Positions 49,385 to 57,132 of a stretch of 57,132 bases of DNA are shown in pieces. Source of the DNA: Candidatus Hermodarchaeota archaeon (GTDB lineage: Archaea; Asgardarchaeota; Lokiarchaeia; Sigyniarchaeales; SOKP01); contig JBHLLP010000009.1 in the NCBI GenBank assembly GCA_048885525.1, forward strand, positions 1-57,132. The letters are read 5' to 3'. A program made the position numbers and the translations under genes. Position 1 is the stretch's first letter. Every line of letters starts with the position of its first letter. The notes below the pieces were generated by a model, which did no database searches, was not told where the DNA came from, and saw only the letters and a list, made by a program, of their open reading frames with translations.

Positions 49385-49942
49385 TCATTTCTTTAATAGC
49401 GATTTCATAAACCGATTTTTTATTTCTTCTGGGAGTAAAGGGATGTTTTCTACCTCAGCATTCCCAGGTTGAGTTTTAATAAGAACAAAATGACATCCCT
49501 TCCCTAGGTTTTTTAGTTTTTTAATTATATCTTCTTCTTTATCAATAACGGTAATTGATCTAAATCCAGCTCCCTTAGCAATGATTTCTAATTTAGTTTT
49601 ATCACTTGTATATGTCTTTTGGTCTCCTGTGGAACCATATGAAGAATTATCAATAACTATTAGAGTTAGATTATTCGGATGATTATTAGCTATTGTACAT
49701 AGACTTCCAAGGTTCATTAATAAGGAACCATCTCCATCAATACACCATACTGCTTTTTTAGGTTGCGCAAGAGCAACACCTAGAGCTATAGAGCTAACTA
49801 GTCCCATAGATCCTAACATGTAAAAGGTTGTGGCTCTATCAGAGATATTATATAACTCACGTGAAGGTGCACCAATATTACAGATAATTAGTTCATCATT
49901 TAACAATTCTACAATCTTTTTTATAGCGTCATATCTTTTCAT
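49385..49942 (-). CDS. comE: Sulfopyruvate decarboxylase beta subunit (ThDP-binding)
   Basis: MKRYDAI, CNIGAPSRELY, FYMLGSMGL.SSIALG, DGDGSLLMNLG and DN..YGSTGDQ. Confidence 0.88.
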   Translation of the reverse strand: MKRYDAIKKIVELLNDELIICNIGAPSRELYNISDRATTFYMLGSMGLVSSIALGVALAQPKKAVWCIDGDGSLLMNLGSLCTIANNHPNNLTLIVIDNSSYGSTGDQKTYTSDKTKLEIIAKGAGFRSITVIDKEEDIIKKLKNLGKGCHFVLIKTQPGNAEVENIPLLPEEIKNRFMKSLLKK

Positions 49943-49943
49943 A

Positions 49944-50456
49944 TCATTCTCTCCATAATTGCCTTTTTAAAAGAATTCCTGCTGATTTATTGGAGTTTTT
50001 ACTAAATTCAACAGCATTTTTAATTTCTATTACTTTTTCTAATGAATCAATAATGAATTTTTCAATATTCAATATGTCTAATAGACTCGGAGTAAGCTGT
50101 CCCATAGGAATTTGAGCTATTATTTCTTCTCCTTCGGCACCTCTATGACTCATTATAAATACAACTGGAATTTTATACAATTGTAATAATGATTTTATAG
50201 CATTTACTGAATTGCCTAAACCCGAGTTTTGTATCAACAGCGCTGGAGTTCTTCCAGCTAAGTAAGCACCTGCAGCAATTCCTACACCTTCTTCTTCTCG
50301 TGTTATAGAAATATTTTGAATTTCGTGTCTTTCATCAATTTCTTCTAAAAGACCCTTCAATAAAATACAAGGTAATGATAAAATCAAGTCTATACCAGAA
50401 TCTTTAATCATTTCATATAATAGTATATCAACGTTCATAGCTCTAATGTTCTTCAA
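49944..50456 (-). CDS. comD: Sulfopyruvate decarboxylase alpha subunit (ATG at 50438 likely)
   Basis: SLPC, REEEGVGIAAGAYLAG, QNSGLGNS.N and SHRG.EGE.I.AQ.PMG. Confidence 0.88.
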   Translation of the reverse strand: MKNIRAMNVDILLYEMIKDSGIDLILSLPCILLKGLLEEIDERHEIQNISITREEEGVGIAAGAYLAGRTPALLIQNSGLGNSVNAIKSLLQLYKIPVVFIMSHRGAEGEEIIAQIPMGQLTPSLLDILNIEKFIIDSLEKVIEIKNAVEFSKNSNKSAGILLKRQLWRE

Positions 50457-50602
50457 TCAATGTTATTATAAAAGTAATTACAAAAATGACTTATAAATTC
50501 TTTAAAAGACTAGAAATGTTATCTTGAATAAAATTTTTCAATCGGTTAGATTTAATTGTAATTAGTTAATAATTTTTAAACCACATCTAATGAATATGGA
50601 TT

Positions 50603-51862
50603 ATGAAAGCACTCGTATTTAATTACAAACTTTACAGGTTAGCATTAGCTCGAATATTTGGAGCATTTTATCTAAAAGGATATCTTTCTAAATTTGGATC
50701 AGTAAGATTGAAAGATGTTCCTTTTCCAAAGCTTAAAACTAACAATTGGGTGATTGTGAAGACAAAATATTGCGGGATATGCGGTTCTGATCAGAAACAA
50801 ATCTTTCTTGATGGAAATTATGATAATCCCATAACTGCCTTACTTTCATGGCCCCAAACTTTAGGACATGAAGCTGTTGGGATTGTGGATAAAGTTGGAA
50901 AGTCATCAAATTTAAAACCGGGTGATAGAGTTGCTTTAAATCCATGGATAAGTTGCGAACCACGAGAGATTAAACCTATTTGTAAGCCTTGTGAAGAAGG
51001 AAATAAATATCTCTGTAGAAATTTTACAAAGGGTATTCTCACTCCCGGAATTCATTCAGGTACTAGTAGTGATGCTACAGGGGGATTTTCAGAATTTTTT
51101 CCAGCACATAAAACAATGGCAATAAAAATTCCTGATTCAATTTCATTTAAGCAAGCTGTTTTGTCAGATCCATTTTCAGTCGTACTTCATTCTATACTAA
51201 AAGTTGAACTTTATGAAGGATCGATTTGTGGGGTTTATGGTTGTGGAAATCTGGGGCTATTGACAATTCAATTCTTAAAGAGTATTTATGAAGATATAAC
51301 AGTAATCGCTATTGCCAGATTTCCACATCAAATAGAAATGGCAAAAAAATTTGGTGCAGATCTAGTAATCAAATCATCTCCACCAAGCAGGGTAATTGAA
51401 AGTGTTGGAGATTACTTAAATTATGATATTTATTATTTAAAAAAAAAGAAACCTTGGTTATTAGAAGGAATTGATTTTTTATTTGATACAGTTGCATCAG
51501 GAGAAACATTAGAAACAGGCTTACGTATCGTAAAATCAAGATTTGTAGATTTTAAGAATAATAAGGAGAGAGCTGGAGTAATTGTATTGACTGGAGTTCA
51601 TGTTCCTAAGAGATTTGAATGGACACCATGGTATTTTAAAGAGATAAACATTATTGGTAGTAATGCCTTTGCAATAGAAGATTTTGAAGGCACTCGAGAT
51701 CATGCTTATTATCATTATTTTCGATTATTAGAAGATGGAAGAATTGATCCAACACCAATAATTTCACATAAATTTCTCTTGAGAGATTATAAAAAAGCGT
51801 TTATAGTTGCCAGAAATCAAGAGAAATTTAAATCGATTAAAGTTAAATTTTATTATGATTAA
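50603..51862 (+). CDS. Zinc-dependent alcohol dehydrogenase (MDR family)
   Basis: CGICGSD, GHE, structural Cys cluster C-x8-CxxC-x7-C and GCGNLG. Confidence 0.9.
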   Translation: MKALVFNYKLYRLALARIFGAFYLKGYLSKFGSVRLKDVPFPKLKTNNWVIVKTKYCGICGSDQKQIFLDGNYDNPITALLSWPQTLGHEAVGIVDKVGKSSNLKPGDRVALNPWISCEPREIKPICKPCEEGNKYLCRNFTKGILTPGIHSGTSSDATGGFSEFFPAHKTMAIKIPDSISFKQAVLSDPFSVVLHSILKVELYEGSICGVYGCGNLGLLTIQFLKSIYEDITVIAIARFPHQIEMAKKFGADLVIKSSPPSRVIESVGDYLNYDIYYLKKKKPWLLEGIDFLFDTVASGETLETGLRIVKSRFVDFKNNKERAGVIVLTGVHVPKRFEWTPWYFKEINIIGSNAFAIEDFEGTRDHAYYHYFRLLEDGRIDPTPIISHKFLLRDYKKAFIVARNQEKFKSIKVKFYYD

Positions 51863-51882
51863 TAAGTGGAGTAAAAAGTTAT

Positions 51883-53139
51883 ATGAATTCAAATAAAGAA
51901 AAGGGTCCGATCCCTGCGTTAATATTCGAATTAAAAAGATTCAAGTTATTGAAAGCATTTCTTAAAAAAAAAATAAATCCTAAGGGGTTTTGGAAATCAG
52001 GAGGGCCAGTATCTATAAAAAGCATCCCATATCCAAAATCAATCGCTGAAGACTGGGTTATTGTTAAAACTGTTTATTGTGGAATTTGTGGTAGTGATAT
52101 GACTGAGTTAAATCTTAAGGGGTCACTTGATAATCCTATACGTTCTTTTATTTCTTTTCCTCAGATAATGGGACATGAACCTGTTGGGATTATAGATAGT
52201 GTTGGGCTTGAAGTTAAGAAGTTAAAAAAGGGAGATCGCGTGGTAATTACTCCGTGGTTATCATGTATTCCTCGAGGAATCTCCCCTGTATGTTCAAGGT
52301 GTTCTTTAGGTGATTTTAAACATTGTCAAAATTTCCAGAAAGGAAATCTTCCAGTAGGAATGCATTTAGGTGTTACACGTGGATTTGGGGGATTTAGTCC
52401 ATATTTATCAGTTCATGAATCTCAATGTTTTTTAATACCTGAAAAAATATCGTTTGAACAAGCAGTTTTAGCAGATCCATTTTCAGTTTCTTTCCATTCT
52501 CTATTATTATTAAATCCCAAACCAGATTCCCAAATCCTAGTTTATGGTTTAGGAATTATAGGTTTGTTAACAATACTTTGTTTAAAAAATATTTTTCGAG
52601 TAAAACATGTAATAGGTATTGGACGATATCAATTTCAAAGAGAATTAGCGCTTAAATTAGGTGCTGACCATGTTTTCTTAAGCTCAGGTGACTTATTAAT
52701 TGAAGAAATAGCAGTATATAATAATGTTGAATTATATACTCCTAAAAAAGGTCTTAAATGGGCATTAGATGGTGTAGATGGTATTGTTGATACGATAGGT
52801 TCGGCTGAGACTTTTGAAATTGGGGAGAGAATCCTCTGTACTCAAGGTAAATTAGTGTTTTTAGGTGTAAGCATACCAAAAAGGTTTGAAAATACTCTTC
52901 ATTATTTTAAAGAACTCGAAGTTATTGGTTCAAATGGATTTGGTAAAGAAATTTTCCGTGATAAGTCTTTGCATGCATTTCAGCATTATTTAAATTTTTT
53001 ATCAGAAGGATTAATAGATCCTCAGATGTTAATTACTCATAAATTTCCACTTAATGATTACAAGGATGCATTTAATACATTAGCTAATAAATCTAAAACT
53101 CAAGCTGTTAAAGTATTATTTGAATTTTCTACACCTTAG
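51883..53139 (+). CDS. Zinc-dependent alcohol dehydrogenase (MDR family), tandem paralog
   Basis: CGICGSD, GHE, C-x8-CxxC-x7-C, GLGIIG and ITHKF.L.DY. Confidence 0.9.
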   Translation: MNSNKEKGPIPALIFELKRFKLLKAFLKKKINPKGFWKSGGPVSIKSIPYPKSIAEDWVIVKTVYCGICGSDMTELNLKGSLDNPIRSFISFPQIMGHEPVGIIDSVGLEVKKLKKGDRVVITPWLSCIPRGISPVCSRCSLGDFKHCQNFQKGNLPVGMHLGVTRGFGGFSPYLSVHESQCFLIPEKISFEQAVLADPFSVSFHSLLLLNPKPDSQILVYGLGIIGLLTILCLKNIFRVKHVIGIGRYQFQRELALKLGADHVFLSSGDLLIEEIAVYNNVELYTPKKGLKWALDGVDGIVDTIGSAETFEIGERILCTQGKLVFLGVSIPKRFENTLHYFKELEVIGSNGFGKEIFRDKSLHAFQHYLNFLSEGLIDPQMLITHKFPLNDYKDAFNTLANKSKTQAVKVLFEFSTP

Positions 53140-53245
53140 TGATAAACTAATAAATTAATTTTGAATCTTACATTTTGTATAATTATTTACGAAAATTTAA
53201 GTAAATTTTATCTTAATTAGCTTCGATTTACTTAAATATTGGAAG

Positions 53246-53632
53246 GTGAAAAAGATCTTTATTGAATTAATTGCTTCTTTATATACAATTATAATAGGAA
53301 TCGCAATGCTAGCTATGTGGTTTCTTTTATTAATTAAGAGAGAAGTACCAGAGCTTAAAACTAAACCAACTCAAATATTTCTTCATTTGGTTGCTGAATT
53401 TCTTACAGCTATTATGTTAATAATCGGAGGAATCGGATTTATAATGAATCAACCATGGGGTGTGGCATTATTCTTTATAGCCATTGGAATGGGAATCTAT
53501 TCAACGATAAATGCGGCAGGTTTTTATGGACAGTTAAAAGATTGGCCGATGTTTATTATATTAATTGTATTTACTATTATATCTCTTTTAATAGCAACAT
53601 TGATAGTAATAATCGAATTCCACGTATTTTGA
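53246..53632 (+). CDS. Hypothetical 4-TM membrane protein
   Basis: 128 aa with four hydrophobic helices, HL.AE..TA and YS.IN..G.Y motifs. Confidence 0.7.
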   Translation: MKKIFIELIASLYTIIIGIAMLAMWFLLLIKREVPELKTKPTQIFLHLVAEFLTAIMLIIGGIGFIMNQPWGVALFFIAIGMGIYSTINAAGFYGQLKDWPMFIILIVFTIISLLIATLIVIIEFHVF

Positions 53633-53639
53633 TAAAAAC

Positions 53640-54854
53640 TCAAATAATTCCTTTTTTTTTGAAATCGCGAATTTCATCGTCTAAATAACCAAGGTTTTTA
53701 AGAATCTCCTTTGTCTGCTGTCCGATTTTAGGAGCGAGGCTTCTAATTTTTAAAGGAGTTCGTGAAAATTTTATAGGTGAAGCCACATTTTGGATATTAC
53801 CAAACTTAGGATGTTCTATATCTAAAACCATATTACGTGCCTTAATTTGAGGGTCATTACAAGCTTCTGCAAATGATTTTACTGGCATAACACAGGCATC
53901 TAAGTTTTTAAAAATATCCATCCATTCCCTTTGAGTTTTTTTTAAAAATTCTTTTTGTATCTCTTCAAAGAGGGCCTCTTTTTCCTTTCCTTTAACAAAT
54001 TGTTTTAGTTTCAAATCCTCACGATCGAGACCCTTACAAAATTCTCGCCAAAATTTCACTTCAATAATACCAACAGATAAAAATTTGTTATCTTTTGTTT
54101 TATAAACATTGTAAAAAGGAAAATCACCGTGTAGGGGATTTTGGGTTTCAACACCATTATTTAAATTCATAGAAAAATGATATGCAGCTACAAGAGGCAT
54201 AAATGAAAAAACACAATCAGTCATAGATATATCAATAAATTGTCCTTTTCTCTCAGGATTTTTCTCTCTTTCAATTAATGCACCCAAAATTCCAATAGCC
54301 GATACTAAACCACCTCCAATATCAGCTACTTGAACACCCGGATTTAATGGTTTTTTTTCTTCAATTTTATCACCATACACTATTCGTTCTTTATTTAAAT
54401 CTAAAATTCCGCATATACCTATATAGTTGAGATCATGACCAGCTATTTGTTCATATGGACCATATTGCCCATATCCTGTTAAGGAACAACAAATTATTGA
54501 TGGATTTATTGAAGCTAATGTATTATAATCTATTTTTAATTTAGTTGTCACCTTGGGTCGAAAAGTATCAAGAACAACATCAGCTTTTTTAACTAATTTA
54601 TAAAAAATTTCTCTTGCTTTTTCCTTTTTTAAATTTAACGTAATAGAATGTTTATTTCTATTAAGAATAAAATTGAAAGCACTTTCTCGATATCTTCCTC
54701 TTTGAAAGAATGGAGGTGGTTGTCCATACGGATAATAAGGATCTTCTATCCTTATTACATTTGCGCCAAGATCAGAGAGAATCATAGAGCAATATGGACC
54801 AGGTAACATTCTCGTTAGATCTAATATAATTTTCCCTTCTAAAGGTAATGACAT
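53640..54854 (-). CDS. CoA-transferase family III (CaiB/BaiF)
   Basis: PLEG..ILDLTR.LPGPY, LGANVIRIE, NRNKHSI.LNLK, FRP, TGYGQ.GPY, GHDLNY and catalytic ADIGG. Confidence 0.93.
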   Translation of the reverse strand: MSLPLEGKIILDLTRMLPGPYCSMILSDLGANVIRIEDPYYPYGQPPPFFQRGRYRESAFNFILNRNKHSITLNLKKEKAREIFYKLVKKADVVLDTFRPKVTTKLKIDYNTLASINPSIICCSLTGYGQYGPYEQIAGHDLNYIGICGILDLNKERIVYGDKIEEKKPLNPGVQVADIGGGLVSAIGILGALIEREKNPERKGQFIDISMTDCVFSFMPLVAAYHFSMNLNNGVETQNPLHGDFPFYNVYKTKDNKFLSVGIIEVKFWREFCKGLDREDLKLKQFVKGKEKEALFEEIQKEFLKKTQREWMDIFKNLDACVMPVKSFAEACNDPQIKARNMVLDIEHPKFGNIQNVASPIKFSRTPLKIRSLAPKIGQQTKEILKNLGYLDDEIRDFKKKGII

Positions 54855-54935
54855 AATATTAAAAAAAATAGATAAAATAAAAGTATAGAGGAAAAGTTTG
54901 AGAAAACAGAATTGTATGTATTTATTTAATAGTAA

Positions 54936-55034
54936 TTAGCGAACATAACGTTTTTTACTTCTTTGTACCCATTTAATATCTCCTAGACTACTTAATCCAA
55001 ATATTTCATATCCATTATTATTCCAGATAACCAT
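54936..55034 (-). CDS. Candidate small protein (32 aa): MVIWNNNGYEIFGLSSLGDIKWVQRSKKRYVR
   Basis: Below the ORF-track length cutoff. It fills a relatively GC-richer island between A-tracts, with TTATAAAA on the minus strand about 30 nt upstream of the ATG. Confidence 0.4.
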   Translation of the reverse strand: MVIWNNNGYEIFGLSSLGDIKWVQRSKKRYVR

Positions 55035-55103
55035 CCAAGATGAATCGGTAAAAAACTCTATATAATTTTATAATTAAAAAAAAGAAAAAAAACTAATTGA
55101 ATT

Positions 55104-55616
55104 CTATAATTCAATTATTTCAGATTCCATTTTATCAGTATTTATAATAACAAAAGTTGCTCTTCCCGTTAAATAACCACAGACTTCCCCGGGATTAACA
55201 ATCAAAATACCACTATCTAGTTTTTTACTCGATAAAGAATGGGTATGACCAGACAAAATTATATCAAACTTACCTGAGTTTGCTAAAGCATCTATTGTTC
55301 TTTGTTTTGGCATATGAGATACAAAGATTCTTTTTCCTCCCAGTTCTAAAATCATTTCATTGCCATTCTCAGCAAATTTGCATATCTCTCCTAAATTTTT
55401 CTTTAAAAATAATTTCTCTCCATCATTATTACCAAAAACACCGTAAAAATTCTCTTTTATTGAATCATTTAAATCATCAAACCATCTTTTTACAAATGGA
55501 GCCACATAATCTCCACAATGAATAAGGGCATCAACATTTCTTTCATTTATTATAGATACTGCTTTCAGTATATTATTCATATGATCATGGCTGTCTGATA
55601 AAACTGCTAACTTCAT
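55104..55616 (-). CDS. Metallophosphoesterase, YfcE/MJ0936 family
   Basis: SDSHD, HCGD, GNND, VSH, SGHTH and NPGEVCG. Confidence 0.9.
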   Translation of the reverse strand: MKLAVLSDSHDHMNNILKAVSIINERNVDALIHCGDYVAPFVKRWFDDLNDSIKENFYGVFGNNDGEKLFLKKNLGEICKFAENGNEMILELGGKRIFVSHMPKQRTIDALANSGKFDIILSGHTHSLSSKKLDSGILIVNPGEVCGYLTGRATFVIINTDKMESEIIEL

Positions 55617-55718
55617 TGCTAAAAACTCTTCTTTTAGTTTAAAATTTAATTGAATTAGATATAATTAAATTACATTATTATATGTTTTATATTAATAAGG
55701 AATTTTTGTGAATTATTT

Positions 55719-56792
55719 ATGATTGAAGATTTCTTTAAAAAAGAAATAACTTTTATTAACAATGAATTAAAGAATTATTTCACTCAATTATACAAAATAG
55801 AAAAAGACATACTTCTTAGAGATTTTATAAATCAGTTAGAAAAATTCATTTTAAATGAGAAAGCAAAGAGAATTCATCCAATTTTATTAACAGCTGCTTT
55901 CGCTGGAATTGTTAATCCCATGTATTTAGGAGATCAAATTAACCAAATTCGTGAAGTATCCATAGCAGTTGAATTATTACATAGTGGTCATTTAATTTAT
56001 GATGATCTTTTAGATGATGATATTATAAGAAGAAGTAAGCCTACTTTCCATATGCAATTACAAAGTGAATTGAACCAAGTTTATAAAGATATTGATCTTC
56101 CTAAAAAAGATGAATTAGTTAAATTGTATGGACGAGATATGTCAATTTTAGGTGGAACTCAAGGATATCTCTTAGGTCTAGATATATTAAAATCATCTAA
56201 ATTTCCCGAACAATTAAAACTATTAGCAATTAATGAGTATACAGAAGCAATGGATTATTTAATGAAAGGACAATTAATTGAAGAATATATGAGTTATAAT
56301 AATATTACAATGACATTGGAACAATATTTAAATATTGCAGAGTGTCAAAGAGCAAGAATGTTTGAAAAATCTACTAAAATTGGAGCAATTTTAGCTAAAG
56401 GAAATCTTCATTATCAGATCAAACCATTAAGTGATGCTATGTTAAGTATTGGGCAAGCCCATTCTATACGTGATGATCTTCTCGATTTAGAAGAAGATAT
56501 CAAAGGAAAAAAGAAGAAAATCGTATATATCTTAGCCGTTCAAAATACAGATGAAGACCAGTCTAAGAGAATAAATGAAATATATCATAAAGAAAAATTA
56601 ACCAAGAATGAAATTGAAGAAGTTAAGGATATATTTAATAAAACTAATGCTTTAATGATTGCCGAGCATTTAGCTAAAAACTTAGTAGAGCAATCTAAAA
56701 ATTCCTTAAAGAATATTTACCCAGATTTAAACAAAGAACAAAAAAGATTTTTTAGCGAATTTTCAGATTTTGTATTTCAAAGAGAATATTAG
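55719..56792 (+). CDS. Divergent trans-isoprenyl diphosphate synthase family protein
   Basis: AKRIHP, ELLH...LIYDDLLDDDIIRRSKPT (FARM), GQ and IRDDLLD (SARM). Confidence 0.85.
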   Translation: MIEDFFKKEITFINNELKNYFTQLYKIEKDILLRDFINQLEKFILNEKAKRIHPILLTAAFAGIVNPMYLGDQINQIREVSIAVELLHSGHLIYDDLLDDDIIRRSKPTFHMQLQSELNQVYKDIDLPKKDELVKLYGRDMSILGGTQGYLLGLDILKSSKFPEQLKLLAINEYTEAMDYLMKGQLIEEYMSYNNITMTLEQYLNIAECQRARMFEKSTKIGAILAKGNLHYQIKPLSDAMLSIGQAHSIRDDLLDLEEDIKGKKKKIVYILAVQNTDEDQSKRINEIYHKEKLTKNEIEEVKDIFNKTNALMIAEHLAKNLVEQSKNSLKNIYPDLNKEQKRFFSEFSDFVFQREY

Positions 56793-56808
56793 AGAACTTC
56801 TTTTCATT

Positions 56809-57132
56809 TTAAATTACAATATAATCTTCTTTTAGTCTTTTTAACATTAGATTGTTTAACTCTTTAAAAACCTCTAAAACGTTATGATTCTCTAATGCAG
56901 ATGTTTTATAAAATCCTTCTAATTTTCTCTCTTCTAAGTAGTTAGAAATTAATTCCTCTGCGATAATTTCAGATTTTGTCGTCTTATCGATTAAATCGCT
57001 TTTGCTACCTACTAATATTATAGGAATCTTTGAGTCAACAGCATTCTCAATTAATTTTTCGTACCAGAAATCTAATTGATAAAATGAGGGGTAATTAACA
57101 GAATCGAATACTAATAAAGCTCCGTTAGCACC
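56809..57132 (-). CDS. Rab/Ras-like small GTPase, C-terminal half (5' part lies beyond the window)
   Basis: Translated by hand: GANGALLVFDSVNYPSFYQLDFWYEKLIENAVDSKIPIILVGSKSDL...FYKTSALENHNVLEVF...IVI*. G4 is SKSD and G5 is TSAL. Absent from the ORF track. Confidence 0.88.
   Translation of the reverse strand, partial: GANGALLVFDSVNYPSFYQLDFWYEKLIENAVDSKIPIILVGSKSDLIDKTTKSEIIAEELISNYLEERKLEGFYKTSALENHNVLEVFKELNNLMLKRLKEDYIVI

Noticed and set aside
54955-54985. SD-like AGGAG followed by ATG GGT ACA AAG AAG TAA (MGTKK) on the minus strand
   Set aside because: Only five codons and nested out of frame in the better 32-codon candidate; probably chance.
1575-55525. Other short nested or antisense ORFs in the track (e.g. 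3990-4298, 5382-5816, 15128-15457, 34255-34461, 42702-42968, 50818-51042)
   Set aside because: All lie inside well-supported longer genes and show no recognisable motifs.
1-57132. Selenoproteins or SECIS elements, which are known in Lokiarchaeia
   Set aside because: TGA-ending ORFs stop where their families normally end. I saw no in-frame TGA at a catalytic Cys position and no convincing SECIS hairpin.
1-57132. tRNA, rRNA, CRISPR arrays, transposases, integrases or prophage genes
   Set aside because: Intergenic regions are short and very AT-rich with no cloverleaf or repeat-spacer patterns, and no ORF has mobile-element motifs. A covariance-model scan could still find small RNAs.

Overview
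AT-rich, gene-dense archaeal chromosome segment, most consistent with an Asgard archaeon of the Lokiarchaeia (Promethearchaeota). That placement is inferred from: RadA with a Rad51-like Walker A (GEFRTGKT), archaeal/eukaryotic-type TyrRS, ADP-forming acyl-CoA synthetase subunits, ComDE, and several eukaryotic-signature proteins (Rab-like small GTPase cut by the right edge, Vps29-like protein, 23-aa LRR protein, Rpn11/CSN5-like MPN+ protein, longin-like domain). Metabolic content: AOR/acyl-CoA ligase/SCP2 lipid module, PPDK, histidine degradation (hutU-hutH-hutI plus formiminotransferase), an amino-sugar/lipid-linked glycosylation cluster, aspartokinase, a divergent PGI, a Ca2+ P-type ATPase, tandem Zn-ADHs, a CoA-transferase and a divergent prenyl synthase. 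No rRNA, tRNA, CRISPR or mobile element was recognised. Best candidates for an undescribed system: (1) 45.0-49.3 kb, where a JAMM isopeptidase fused to SNAP/TPR-like repeats, a multi-zinc-finger protein with a poly-acidic tail and a PCI-like protein lie together, suggesting a minimal proteasome-lid/signalosome-like module; (2) a 2125-aa single-pass surface protein with Ig-like repeats outside and a longin-like plus helical tail inside, i.e. a receptor-like architecture. Features missed by the ORF track: an ATA-initiated N-terminus for the acyl-CoA ligase, a 32-codon small ORF, an apparent premature stop in the gene convergent with radA, and the terminal GTPase. All domain calls are by motif recognition only; no database searches were run.
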